Positions 29,199 to 39,102 of a stretch of 64,000 nucleotides of DNA are shown here, in pieces. The translations under genes were made by a program, and so were the position numbers. This stretch comes from Sideroxydans sp. (GTDB lineage Bacteria; Pseudomonadota; Gammaproteobacteria; Burkholderiales; Gallionellaceae): NCBI GenBank assembly GCA_036170995.1, contig JAVHQF010000147.1, forward strand, positions 15,632 to 79,631, in the 5' to 3' direction. A model generated the notes under the pieces. The model did no database searches. It worked only from the letters and a program-made list of their open reading frames with translations, and had not been told where the DNA came from. The first letter of the stretch is position 1. Each line of letters starts with the position of its first letter.

Positions 29199-29789
29199 AT
29201 GAAACGAACTACCGCTCTTATCGCTACTACTGTTGCAACTATCGCACTGACAGGGTGCTTCATCCCTGAAAAGTTCACCGCTTCCGTGAAGATGGCCAGT
29301 GATGGTGGTTACAGCTACCAGTATCGCGGTCTGACCGCCTTTGTTCCAGCGCTCCTGGAAATGCAGAAATCCAAGTCTGGCCTAAGCTCCAAGCAAGAGC
29401 ACGACCTCCAATTGCAGACCGAAAAGTTGAGCAAGTCACCCGACGTTCAGAAAGCAACTTACACCGGCAACGGCCGATATGACTTTGTCATCGGTGGTGC
29501 TCGCAAACCAGGTCAGTCTGCGAACGTTTTGGATGCCTTTCACGTCTTCACTGACAAAGAAGGCTTGATCAACATTACATCGGTGGGGTTGAAGCCTGCT
29601 GACAAAGCAGAACTCCAGAAACTTGGTTTGCAAATCGATGGCAAGTTGGAAGTCACGCTGCCAAAAAATGCGGAGGTTGTATCCAGTAACGCTACGTCCA
29701 CGCCTACCTTCTTCGGGCTGTTCGGCACCTACGCATGGAAGATCGGCTCCATTGAAGAGCGTCCCATGATGAAAATTCGCTTGCGCTGA
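29199..29789 (+). CDS. Lipoprotein of unknown function
   Basis: Lipobox LTGC followed by FIPEKF.A, beta-rich body. Confidence 0.75.
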   Translation: MKRTTALIATTVATIALTGCFIPEKFTASVKMASDGGYSYQYRGLTAFVPALLEMQKSKSGLSSKQEHDLQLQTEKLSKSPDVQKATYTGNGRYDFVIGGARKPGQSANVLDAFHVFTDKEGLINITSVGLKPADKAELQKLGLQIDGKLEVTLPKNAEVVSSNATSTPTFFGLFGTYAWKIGSIEERPMMKIRLR

Positions 29790-29803
29790 GAAAGGGGCTC
29801 AAT

Positions 29804-30295
29804 ATGTCGGGGTTGGTTAAATCGTTGAGCACGCTGGGATGGCATCTGGCGAAATTGCACATGCGCATTGCCATTGGCTCCCCAGCGTATGAGGAAATGA
29901 AGGATGGGTTCTCGACCTACATGACATTTCTGTTCATGACAGCGTTAACTGGCCTTCCTCTCGTTTTCATTGGCTCTGCTGATTCGGACCTAATGGATTG
30001 GAAAACGCAGCTGTATTGGTTGAGTTTTGTGGTTGGACCGATGATCTTCATTGAATTCATCGCCAAGCCTCTTACGCCTTCTGCTTGTATGTTCCCAGCC
30101 AGTTTGTTCGGGGCATGCACAGTAGTGAATGCCGTGTCGCTTGCGCTCTGGTTCCTCGGCGTAGTCAATGTCCCACTGGGCATGGCCACAATCGCGGCTG
30201 AAATTGTTTTGTGGATCTTTTGTTACTTGACTTATCGTCGCCAGAGTCCCAATGTACGATCCCGCGGTTACGGTCTTCACCCCGGTGATTTTTGA
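29804..30295 (+). CDS. Four-TM membrane protein, hypothetical
   Basis: RBS, four hydrophobic segments, followed by a terminator. Confidence 0.65.
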   Translation: MSGLVKSLSTLGWHLAKLHMRIAIGSPAYEEMKDGFSTYMTFLFMTALTGLPLVFIGSADSDLMDWKTQLYWLSFVVGPMIFIEFIAKPLTPSACMFPASLFGACTVVNAVSLALWFLGVVNVPLGMATIAAEIVLWIFCYLTYRRQSPNVRSRGYGLHPGDF

Positions 30296-30297
30296 CC

Positions 30298-30329
30298 AAA
30301 AAAATAGCCACCCTTGGGTGGCTATTTTT
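30298..30329. terminator. Bidirectional intrinsic terminator
   Basis: aaaaaaatagccaccc-tt-gggtggctattttt. Confidence 0.85.
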
Positions 30330-30609
30330 ATGCTGACCTGGCCATGAAGCCCATCAAGCGGTCTCCATTGCGGTAGGTTAAGACAAAGTTACGAATAACA
30401 CGGTCTTGCAGTTTAAGCAGACTTCGGAAACACAAGGCTGCCAAGATCATGCCTGTGGTACCCGTTAGGGTTACCCATTTACCTCCTGTTGGTAGCCCCA
30501 CATAAAGTAGAAGCAAACCCAGGCAAAACAAGCCAAAACTTCCCATGGCCATTTTGGCGACCATGCGGCCCAACTCGTTAATTTGATGAATTGTGTTGAT
30601 TCTGCTCAT
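30328..30609 (-). CDS. Small two-TM membrane protein
   Basis: ATG at 30609 follows GGAG of a leader element; two hydrophobic helices; ends at the bidirectional terminator. Confidence 0.65.
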   Translation of the reverse strand: MSRINTIHQINELGRMVAKMAMGSFGLFCLGLLLLYVGLPTGGKWVTLTGTTGMILAALCFRSLLKLQDRVIRNFVLTYRNGDRLMGFMARSA

Positions 30610-30678
30610 GTGGATTCTCCAATAGAAAAACCAGTTCACAGAGTCGCCCGAAGGGGAACGCTGTTCCCCGGTCGGGTT
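30610..30678 (-). promoter_or_regulatory. Dispersed leader element, copy 5
   Basis: Minus strand: aacccgaccggggaacagcgttccccttcgggcgactctgtgaactggtttttctattggagaatccac-ATG; tggtttttct pairs with ggagaatcca. Confidence 0.6.
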
Positions 30679-30905
30679 GATAAGGCTGACAGTTGTCAGC
30701 AAATTGCGATTAAACGCAAAGTGCATGGATTGTATCGCCAGCATGCACCTTTGTCTTGTTGTTGCCACCAGCTCCAAAGGTCCTGGGGATTTCATGCCTC
30801 AAATTCTTTTGGTCCATTCGAGCAATGCACGGTTTTCTGTTTGTTGTTCGGGGACAAAAAAAGAATCTGACATCTACGATTCCTTCACTACTGTAGGAAA
30901 TACTG

Positions 30906-31637
30906 ATGGGATTCTTTTCAAGGAAAACAGCCAAACAGCCAAAGGCCAAGGGTAACAGTGACCTTCGTCATCAACCCAACACTCCAACCTCTGTTTATGA
31001 GGATGGGGCAAACAAATTTGCAGAAATATACGGGTCGTCCATGGTTAATTCCGGACGATTCTTTGTCATTTCTGTGGTCTCTCTTCTACTTGCGATAACG
31101 GCAGTCGGGGCAGTCATGGTCCTGACCCCTTTGAAGGAAGTCATTCCTTACGTGATTGAGGTCAATGCTGGATCTGGGTTGGTGAATAAGCCAATCGAGG
31201 TGCAGAAGATTTCCCCAAACATCGCTGTTGTTAAGGCCGAACTGGCACGTTGGGCTGAGGCCGTCTACACGATCGACCCTCTGCGTACAAATGACTTGTT
31301 CAAGTACGCGAACGTCCGTTCACGCGGCAAGGCCATCGCGCAGTTCTCCGAATTTCGAGCCCGTGAACAAGTCTTCGCACGCCTACAACGTGAAGCCGGC
31401 CTGGTCCGCGAGGTCAAAGTTTCGTCAGTGGATGCAAGTCAAACTGGTGTCGCATTCATTTTTCTGAAAACGCTGGAACGCACAGGCAATCAGAGTGTGG
31501 AGGACAGCAAACTCAAACGCTACCGGTTGACGCTCCACTATCAACTTGATTCACCGCGTGAGGAGGCTGCTTTGCTGGCCAATCCGCTCGGTTTGTATGT
31601 GAACTTTTTCAACGAAGCCGAAGAAAGGGCCAACTGA
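30906..31637 (+). CDS. virB8: VirB8/TrbF
   Basis: Single TM then PLKEVIPYVIEV; C-terminal NPLGLYV. Confidence 0.9.
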   Translation: MGFFSRKTAKQPKAKGNSDLRHQPNTPTSVYEDGANKFAEIYGSSMVNSGRFFVISVVSLLLAITAVGAVMVLTPLKEVIPYVIEVNAGSGLVNKPIEVQKISPNIAVVKAELARWAEAVYTIDPLRTNDLFKYANVRSRGKAIAQFSEFRAREQVFARLQREAGLVREVKVSSVDASQTGVAFIFLKTLERTGNQSVEDSKLKRYRLTLHYQLDSPREEAALLANPLGLYVNFFNEAEERAN

Positions 31638-32509
31638 TGAACATTCGGCATTTAGCGTTAGTTTCCGCAATCTCCTTGGCAGGTTTCATGGGGATAGCCC
31701 ATGGTGAACTGATCGCAACACCATTGACTGGTGACACTCGCCTCGTGCAATTCACCTATGACGAAGACAACACCTTCCTTGTGTTGGCAAAGCCGAAGGC
31801 GGTCACCCATTTGCAGTTTGCTGCAGATGAAATGCTCCAGTCAGTGGCTTCGGGTGATACGGCTCAGTGGGAGTTGACTCCGACAAAGAACCGCAAAAAC
31901 CTCTTCATCAAACCGAAGTTCGAGGGGATTGAAACCTCAATGACGGTAATCACCGATAAGCGCACATACCAGTTCGTGCTTCGTTCGACTGCCGACGGAA
32001 AGAAGTGGTATCAGCGGGTGTCCTGGATGTACTCGTCCAGTCTGGTTCTTGAGCAAGATGCACTCCTTGAGACCAAGGCGAATGTTCCGATGCCTGGATC
32101 ATTGCCTGACCCAGTTACAACCGGTGGAATTCGTCCTCTTCAGCCGGCATTCAATCTTCCACCTGTGAATCAGGGCGGTGGAAGCGCCTCCACATTGAAG
32201 CCCGATTCGCTGCATTTCAATTACACGATCGATGGTGAGGCCGCGTTTAAACCAACACAAGTTTTTGATGATGGCAAGTTTACCTACCTGCGCATGCCAC
32301 AGGATGTCCAGGAACTACCAGCGCTTTTCTCCGTAATCGAGGCGCAAGATTACTCGCTGGTGAATTACACCGTAGATGGAAGTTACATGGTCGCACAGCG
32401 ACTGCTTGAAACGGCCGTACTAAAGCTAGGCAAAACCGAAGTTCGCGTCACCAAAGTGCAGCCCACCAGCGGCTTTATGGGGTTCTTGCGCGGGGGCGGT
32501 AACAAATGA
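31637..32509 (+). CDS. virB9: VirB9/TrbG
   Basis: DTRL..F.Y, GDT..W, LFIKP, VITDKRTY, P..VFDDGKFTY, ELPALF, VNY. Confidence 0.92.
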   Translation: MNIRHLALVSAISLAGFMGIAHGELIATPLTGDTRLVQFTYDEDNTFLVLAKPKAVTHLQFAADEMLQSVASGDTAQWELTPTKNRKNLFIKPKFEGIETSMTVITDKRTYQFVLRSTADGKKWYQRVSWMYSSSLVLEQDALLETKANVPMPGSLPDPVTTGGIRPLQPAFNLPPVNQGGGSASTLKPDSLHFNYTIDGEAAFKPTQVFDDGKFTYLRMPQDVQELPALFSVIEAQDYSLVNYTVDGSYMVAQRLLETAVLKLGKTEVRVTKVQPTSGFMGFLRGGGNK

Positions 32510-33948
32510 GCGTTTCTGATAAGTCAATTATTGACCCGGAACCGACCAAGCCCGGTATTCCAATCAAAAAATCGACGCTGGGTGCTATCGCTGCAGTGGT
32601 AGTTGGGAGTGCATTTGTGAGCGCACTTCTACTCGACTCTGGTGCGCCTACACCTACTCCTGTCGCACCCCCAGAATCGAAGTCGTCGGACGCGACACAA
32701 GACTCTGGCTCCAAAGTCGCAATTGATGAAGAGTTGAAGAAGGCTAAGCAAGCTGCTGACGAAGAAGATCGGAAAAAGGGAATAGTCAAACCAGCACAGT
32801 CTGCTCAACCAGGCACACCAGCTACGCAACAGACGAACCCCGCCGGTGTGCAGCCCATCGTGACGGCCGCCGGCGTTGGTCAAAGTCCGCTCCCACCCGG
32901 TGTGCGTCGTGACAATCAAGACGGTGCGTTTTACGACAAGGCTTTGTCAAAAGGGACTCCTTCCTCGCGTAGTGGTTCTGTCACAGGCAATGGCCGGGGA
33001 GGTGCTGACGATTTTGAGATTGAAGCACAGGTACGTGGCGCAAAGTCGCTCGCCTTTGATGAAAGTGGTGGGTCTTCAGCAATTGCCCAAGGCGCTCAAA
33101 CTGCCGTGTTACTGTCTGGATTACCTGCGGGTAATACTGTGCAGCGTGCCCTATCTTCGCTCCCTGATCTTGTCTCTGGGGCAGCTACACAAGCACCAAG
33201 CGCTTCCATTCAGACTTCGATGGATCGAATGCTCGGGAATCTTCGCACGGCACAAGGGGGGGGCTCTGGTCGCACCCCAGGCGGCGGAAATGGCAACGTG
33301 GGTTGGGTCAATGAGTATGCATCCGGTGCCGGACAAAGAAACGCCGAGACCATCAAGTCATACCCTACAAGCTCGCCGTACACCCTCCATCAAGGTAAGG
33401 TCATTCCAGCGGTCCTTGGACGTCAGATTAATTCCGATTTGCCTGGCGAGATTACTGCCTATGTCGTGACAAACATTTACGACAGCTTAGGCAATGGCGC
33501 ACTCCTGATTCCAAAGGGCTCGGTCCTTGCCGGACGATACAACTCTGAGGTCAAACCAGGCCAAGAGCGTGTCCTCTTTGCATTCAACAGACTGATCATG
33601 CCAAATGGGCATAGCTTTGATCTACCTGGTGCCCAAGGATCTGATCTTGCTGGTGCATCTGGCATTTTGGGTGATGTGAACAACCATTTTTTCAAGATGT
33701 TCAGTGCCAGCTTCTTCACAGCTTGGCTCACGGATCGTGTAACACCCCAAACGACCACCAACGGTTTGGCTGGAACAACTACATCCGTGTCCCCTGCGGG
33801 TCAAGTTTTGGTGGACGTGAGCAAAACCATTCTTGATCGCAATCGTTCTATCCCTCCGACCATCACCGTCGACCAGGGAACGCGCATCAATGTTGAAGTC
33901 AAAAAGGACATGGAATTTTCAGGTCCATACAACTGGAGCACAAAATGA
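32506..33948 (+). CDS. virB10: VirB10/TrbI
   Basis: TM plus P-rich linker; G.VIPAVL...INSDLPG, LLIPKGS, G.SG..G.VNNHF, PTITV.QG. Confidence 0.93.
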   Translation: MSVSDKSIIDPEPTKPGIPIKKSTLGAIAAVVVGSAFVSALLLDSGAPTPTPVAPPESKSSDATQDSGSKVAIDEELKKAKQAADEEDRKKGIVKPAQSAQPGTPATQQTNPAGVQPIVTAAGVGQSPLPPGVRRDNQDGAFYDKALSKGTPSSRSGSVTGNGRGGADDFEIEAQVRGAKSLAFDESGGSSAIAQGAQTAVLLSGLPAGNTVQRALSSLPDLVSGAATQAPSASIQTSMDRMLGNLRTAQGGGSGRTPGGGNGNVGWVNEYASGAGQRNAETIKSYPTSSPYTLHQGKVIPAVLGRQINSDLPGEITAYVVTNIYDSLGNGALLIPKGSVLAGRYNSEVKPGQERVLFAFNRLIMPNGHSFDLPGAQGSDLAGASGILGDVNNHFFKMFSASFFTAWLTDRVTPQTTTNGLAGTTTSVSPAGQVLVDVSKTILDRNRSIPPTITVDQGTRINVEVKKDMEFSGPYNWSTK

Positions 33949-35258
33949 AAATCGCAAAACTATCAGTTGTGAGTGCCGTCTGCGCACTCGTTATTGGGGT
34001 AACACCATCTGCTATTGGTTCGGCAACTCAACGCGTTGGGCAGTACGACTTCACGTACTTTACAAGCGGCGAACAGCGTGCAACGCCCGTTCAAGTTTTT
34101 GACGACGGCAAAAACACCTACTTTCAGTTCCGAGCTGGAGAGGCGATTCCAGCAATCTTCAACAACAAAGACGGCAAAGTGAACTTGATGGTTCCTTTCT
34201 TTGAGGGGCCATACATTCGTGTCCAAGAAACATCTGGTCGTTTTACGCTCCAACTGGGTCGGGCCCAAGCCCAGGTTGTGTACGGTGGTACTGGACGAGA
34301 AGACACTCCAAAAATTGATGCTGTAAATCGCGATGGAATGCGTATAGCTTATACAGGTGATGGCTATCCGGCAAACCCCAACGTCAAGTTGCTTGCCTCC
34401 TTGGGCCCTACGCTGGCGATGACTTCTGGTGATGCATTGGAAGCTAATTCTTATGCCACACCAGCAAAGGGTGATCGCGTATCTTGGAAGGAAAGTGAAA
34501 CAGAAGTTTCCGAGCGTCAGGTCTACTTCGTTGCAGGCACTGCCGCGTTAGGGCCCCAAGCCAAGAAAGCACTCAGCAGTATGACATCAGAGGCTAAAGG
34601 TGCAACAACGATAACCATCATTGGCCGTGATGACTCTAGCGAAAAGGAAGGGCTGGAGAAGGCCCGGGCAATAAATCTCCGGGATGCTCTTGTAAAAATG
34701 GGAGTCAGCGCTCAAAACATCACTGTGAAGATCGGTGTCATGGGCACACCAAAGAATAAGTTGTGGCCAAGTGACATCCTAATTCAACGGGTTGTCCCAA
34801 CTGCAATTTCGCGTCCTAACGATTCCAAATCTGAGAAGACGGCATACGTCCAGTCGAACCTGGATAACCTGATTCGATCCGGTGTACTGACTCGCGAGCA
34901 AGCCAGCGCAATTCTGCGTAGAGGTGCTGACGGCCGTACTGACACTGCAGCGACAAATCCAGTAGTCACTCAGCCGCCAGCGAATTTGGAAGTCCCTCCA
35001 GCAGGGTTCGACTTCAAAGCCTTAGACAAGACCATCTCAGGAACCATTCGGAGATGGGCAAGTGCCACCAACTACCAAGTTGTTTGGGACGCTGCACCTA
35101 GTGCGGATGCATCAGTGACAGGCGATGCAGTCATTGCGGCTGCATCCATGAAAGAAGCACTGGACAAAGTGGTGACTGCCTTGCAGCGCAAAGGCTACGA
35201 CATCCAGGCAACCGTTTACAGCAATCGTGTGGTTCGTTTTACCGGGGGGACAAAGTGA
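33945..35258 (+). CDS. Multidomain periplasmic protein: VirB9-C-like domain, OmpA-like domain and C-terminal TcpQ-like domain (PilL-like)
   Basis: P.QVFDDG..TYFQF.....PAIF; F..G.A.L.....L......I.IIG.DD....LEKARA..LRD.L...GV....I; TI..TIRRWA...NYQVVW. Confidence 0.7.
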   Translation: MKIAKLSVVSAVCALVIGVTPSAIGSATQRVGQYDFTYFTSGEQRATPVQVFDDGKNTYFQFRAGEAIPAIFNNKDGKVNLMVPFFEGPYIRVQETSGRFTLQLGRAQAQVVYGGTGREDTPKIDAVNRDGMRIAYTGDGYPANPNVKLLASLGPTLAMTSGDALEANSYATPAKGDRVSWKESETEVSERQVYFVAGTAALGPQAKKALSSMTSEAKGATTITIIGRDDSSEKEGLEKARAINLRDALVKMGVSAQNITVKIGVMGTPKNKLWPSDILIQRVVPTAISRPNDSKSEKTAYVQSNLDNLIRSGVLTREQASAILRRGADGRTDTAATNPVVTQPPANLEVPPAGFDFKALDKTISGTIRRWASATNYQVVWDAAPSADASVTGDAVIAAASMKEALDKVVTALQRKGYDIQATVYSNRVVRFTGGTK

Positions 35259-35680
35259 TTAAACAAGCGATGAAACTTTCACTGCTCGCAGTGAGTATGA
35301 GTGCGGCGCTGTCAGCAGCTGCGCAGAACGGGGTCAAGACTGTTGACACCCCTTACGTTTCAGAAATCAACGTCAAACCTGCCGTGGGCGAAATTCCCGT
35401 CAAGAACGCTGGTGCTGTTGAGGATGTTATTGGTGCAAACCCGTTCACATCTCTGGCTGCAGGTAAGGCCATTTCCACCCAGTTGCAACAGTTGGGATCC
35501 GCAAGTGGATGGCAGTTGATTTGGGAGGCAGCAGATTTCAACGTCGAGCAGAAGGTCGCCGTAAGCAGCGATTTTGTGAAGGCAGTTACCACCATCATCG
35601 AATCAGCCAATCTGAGTGGAATCCGCCTTAAAGCGACGTTTTACAAGGGCAACAACATCGTGCGTATCACGGAGTTCTAA
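35255..35680 (+). CDS. TcpQ-domain protein
   Basis: Signal peptide; SGWQLIW...DF.......DF..AV..II......L.A.FYKGN. Confidence 0.7.
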   Translation: MIKQAMKLSLLAVSMSAALSAAAQNGVKTVDTPYVSEINVKPAVGEIPVKNAGAVEDVIGANPFTSLAAGKAISTQLQQLGSASGWQLIWEAADFNVEQKVAVSSDFVKAVTTIIESANLSGIRLKATFYKGNNIVRITEF

Positions 35681-35683
35681 TTT

Positions 35684-37294
35684 ATGAAAAAGACAATTCT
35701 GGCTCTCACAATCACTTCCGTACTTGCTGGTTGCTCCACAACAGCTCTCGACAAAGTCGAATCCAAGGTCGGAGATAAACGCGAGCTGGCCGAACGTGAG
35801 TTGGCACGTCCCGTAGTCTCTGAACCATCACCAGTTTCGTTCTTGGATGGCAGCTTTGTGCCAATGCGAAAGATGGAACGTCAAGACTACACAGCCGAAC
35901 AACGCGCCATTATGGGTCTGGAAATTGAGACAAATCGTAGTTTTCAAAATCTGAATGAAATCGCCGGATGGTTGTCCTCTGTCACCAATGCTCCAGTGTT
36001 CCTGAACCCTGAACTGATGATGGCCACTCAGGCCCAGACTGGACAACCGGCTGCGCCCATGGCAGCTGCGCCTATGGCAATCGCTATGCCTGGGCAACAG
36101 CAAACCCAGATTCAAACTGGTATCGCTGGAAAGCCCTTCACCGTCGTGTATTCGGGACGCGTGGCTGGGTTCTTGGATATGGTTGCTGCCAACTACGGCA
36201 TCTACACGAAGCTGGAAGGACGCAACATCCGCTTCCTGCTGACAGATTCTCGTACGTTCCGTATCAAAGCACTGCCTGGTGATACCCAGCTGACGAGCAT
36301 TGTTGGATCGGTTTCCAACTCTAATGGCTCCAGCTCGGGTAACACAAGCTTATCTACATCAAGCGGCTCTTCATCAAATACTACAGGAGTGACGTTTTCC
36401 GGTATGTCGGTATGGGCCGGCATCGATGCGGGAATAAAGCAACTCCTTACACCCAATACAGGTAAGGTTGCAGTGTCCCCAAGCACAGGGACAGTGACTG
36501 TCACTGATACGCCGCGTGTATTGGAACAAGTTGCTTCGTTTGTCCGTGAACAAAATGCAGCACTAGGACGACAAGTGTCTGTAAACGTGCGTGTCTTGTC
36601 TGTTGAAGTCAATGATGGTGACAACTATGGCATCAACTGGAATGCTGTCTACAACAATTTGACCACTAACGTTGCGTTCAAGATAGCGTCCGCTTTGCCC
36701 GTGGCTGCTAGTGCTGCTCAGTTCGTTGTTCAGACATCGACTCCTAGCGCTAATAACTGGGGTGCTGCATCCGGTGCGATCATTTCGGCCCTGTCAACTC
36801 AAGGTCGAGTGTCCGAGCTGACCTCTGCAACGCTGGTTACTTTGAATAATCAGCCCGCCCCAGTCAACGTTGGCCGTCAGATTTCCTATCTGGCTTCCAG
36901 CTCTACAACTCAGGCCGCCAATGCTGGGACAACCACATCGTTGACACCCGGGCAGGTACAAACTGGTTTTTCCATGGTGCTGATTCCCCACATCATTGAC
37001 GGAAAAGAGATTTTGATTCAGTCCTCAGTCAATTTGTCGTCGCTTTTACAGTTGGCCACTATTACCTCTGGTGGATCGAGCATTCAGTCACCTGATATTT
37101 CAACATCGAACTTCATTCAACGCGTGCGGATGATGTCCGGTGATACTTTGGTAATGGCTGGCTTTGACCAGGACAAGTTATCTGCCGTGTCCAACGGTGT
37201 TGGTGAAGCAAAGAATACGCTCTTCGGTACGCGTGACTCCAGTGGCAAGCGCACCATGCTTGTCATTCTCTTGCAACCTACCGTTTCGATTTAA
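35684..37294 (+). CDS. pilN: Type IVb pilus secretin (lipoprotein)
   Basis: Lipobox LAGC; TGTVTVTDTP; D.YGINW; TLNNQPAP; F.QRV...SGDTLV.AGF. Confidence 0.92.
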   Translation: MKKTILALTITSVLAGCSTTALDKVESKVGDKRELAERELARPVVSEPSPVSFLDGSFVPMRKMERQDYTAEQRAIMGLEIETNRSFQNLNEIAGWLSSVTNAPVFLNPELMMATQAQTGQPAAPMAAAPMAIAMPGQQQTQIQTGIAGKPFTVVYSGRVAGFLDMVAANYGIYTKLEGRNIRFLLTDSRTFRIKALPGDTQLTSIVGSVSNSNGSSSGNTSLSTSSGSSSNTTGVTFSGMSVWAGIDAGIKQLLTPNTGKVAVSPSTGTVTVTDTPRVLEQVASFVREQNAALGRQVSVNVRVLSVEVNDGDNYGINWNAVYNNLTTNVAFKIASALPVAASAAQFVVQTSTPSANNWGAASGAIISALSTQGRVSELTSATLVTLNNQPAPVNVGRQISYLASSSTTQAANAGTTTSLTPGQVQTGFSMVLIPHIIDGKEILIQSSVNLSSLLQLATITSGGSSIQSPDISTSNFIQRVRMMSGDTLVMAGFDQDKLSAVSNGVGEAKNTLFGTRDSSGKRTMLVILLQPTVSI

Positions 37295-37298
37295 GACC

Positions 37299-38591
37299 AT
37301 GCGCGTCTTTGACCTAGAAAACGGTAAGCGACCAATTTCGGTCGTTGCTGGGCTGACATGGCATCCATTGGTGCCTGACAACTTCAAGCGGGAACTGAAG
37401 CCACTTTCGATCGATTTGGCTGCAGATCTCTATGTCTACCGCAAGTCCAACAAATCCATGGTGGGCTTCGCAAAGTCAGAAGATGGAGCGAAGGCTGGGC
37501 AGATACCAATCGCCTTAGCGATTGCGCAATGCCTAGATGAAGAGTCGGAGCCAACAAATGCACTGGTGGCTGTAGAAGTTCCAGATTCAAATGCGAGCGG
37601 CGAACCGGCCTACCTCTACGTTCTGATTCGCGATGGATTTATTCTTGCTGATGGTGACCAAGTTGGAAATGAAGATCAGATCCGGACAAGGTATCTCTCT
37701 GACTTGTCTGTTTCTGGTTGGGACTTGTTGATTGCGCCAGAGCACTGGAAGGTCAATAAGGCGACAAGCCGGGATCTGATGTCGTTCCTTCCGAAAAAGA
37801 ATTCGAAGATCAAGATTCCGACATCATGGAGACTGAAGCCAGTTAACGTGTCCATAAAGAGCGCGATCATCACTACGGTCCTGATCGCGGTTCTTGCAAC
37901 AGTTGGATATGTGGGTCTAGACCATTGGAAGAAGGCAGAAGCCGCCAAACTCAAAGCCCAAATTGCAGCTCAACAGGCCGCGGCTGAGGATGCAGCTCGA
38001 CAGAAGAATCTTTTAAGGGAACCATGGCAAGACTTGCCTCGCGCATCCTTGTTTATGTCGTCCTGCAATAGTGCTCTGCGCCGAGTCGGAGTTACTGCCG
38101 GCAACTGGAGTATGGGCGGATTTGTTTGCGAAAACCGTCTCCTGACCATTAAGTGGGAGCGAGCCGGTGGCAGTGCACTTGTAAGTCACTTGAAGGCGAT
38201 GTATCCAAATGCTGTGTTGAGTTCCGATGGAGCCTCAGCGACTGTCACTTCCAGAGTGCAGATGCCAGCACCCACGGTTAAAACGGGCGAGATTCTCCAG
38301 ACAGTTGAAACGCGCACCGAAGCATTTCGCGATGCGAAACTGAGGTATGGGATTGCAGTTTGGTTGCCAACCAAGTCTGATGCTCCCCAAAGCCCTCAAC
38401 CGAATACGCCGCCACAAGCACAGCAAATGTCCTGGACGTCATTCGATGTCGTGGCCGAGTCACAGCTTTCTCCACATTCGACAGTAGACGCTCTTGACGC
38501 ACCAGGATTCCGTATTACAAAAGTTGAAGGCAAGCTCAAAGGCGGGCTCATTAATTATCAATTGAAGGGCATCCAATATGCGAAACCATAA
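37299..38591 (+). CDS. pilO: Type IVb pilus assembly protein PilO
   Basis: V.GL.W.PL start, central TM, PW..LP....F...C; directly after pilN. Confidence 0.8.
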   Translation: MRVFDLENGKRPISVVAGLTWHPLVPDNFKRELKPLSIDLAADLYVYRKSNKSMVGFAKSEDGAKAGQIPIALAIAQCLDEESEPTNALVAVEVPDSNASGEPAYLYVLIRDGFILADGDQVGNEDQIRTRYLSDLSVSGWDLLIAPEHWKVNKATSRDLMSFLPKKNSKIKIPTSWRLKPVNVSIKSAIITTVLIAVLATVGYVGLDHWKKAEAAKLKAQIAAQQAAAEDAARQKNLLREPWQDLPRASLFMSSCNSALRRVGVTAGNWSMGGFVCENRLLTIKWERAGGSALVSHLKAMYPNAVLSSDGASATVTSRVQMPAPTVKTGEILQTVETRTEAFRDAKLRYGIAVWLPTKSDAPQSPQPNTPPQAQQMSWTSFDVVAESQLSPHSTVDALDAPGFRITKVEGKLKGGLINYQLKGIQYAKP

Positions 38592-39090
38592 AAGCAAACT
38601 CACTCTGACCATCGTTTTTTCCATGCTGAGTTCGACCAGCTTCTCACAAACAACAACAGCGGAAGAACTGCAGCAACTCGCAGACCGTACTGCTGTTCTT
38701 GAAGCACAGCTCAAGGCCGTAGAGTTAGAGAACAAAGTACAACAGCAAACCAATGAGTTGGCTGCTCGCGGTACTGCAGCACGTCGTTCGGCTACTGCAC
38801 TGGGAAGCGAGTCTGACTATGGCACGCCAACTGTTTCCTACGTTGAAGGTGTTAAGGGCGCTTTGGAAGCCGTTCTTTTGTACCGAGGCAACGTTCGTCA
38901 ACGCGTGAAGGAAGGTGATGCTGTGTATGGTGCCGTCGTAAAGAAGATTTCGCTAAATGAAGTCGTTCTGCTCGACGTTAAGTCACGTTCCAATGTGCGC
39001 CTTCAATTCGGTACTGCACCTGTGACTCATGATTCGTCCACTCAGTTAGGCGGCATTCCTACAGTGTTGCCACCTGGAATGCCACGATAA
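38578..39090 (+). CDS. pilP: Type IVb pilus protein PilP
   Basis: Signal, coiled coil, P.V..VEG....L.A.L, V..IS.N.V; between pilO and pilQ. Confidence 0.78.
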   Translation: MRNHKSKLTLTIVFSMLSSTSFSQTTTAEELQQLADRTAVLEAQLKAVELENKVQQQTNELAARGTAARRSATALGSESDYGTPTVSYVEGVKGALEAVLLYRGNVRQRVKEGDAVYGAVVKKISLNEVVLLDVKSRSNVRLQFGTAPVTHDSSTQLGGIPTVLPPGMPR

Positions 39091-39102
39091 AAAGGTGCCG
39101 AT

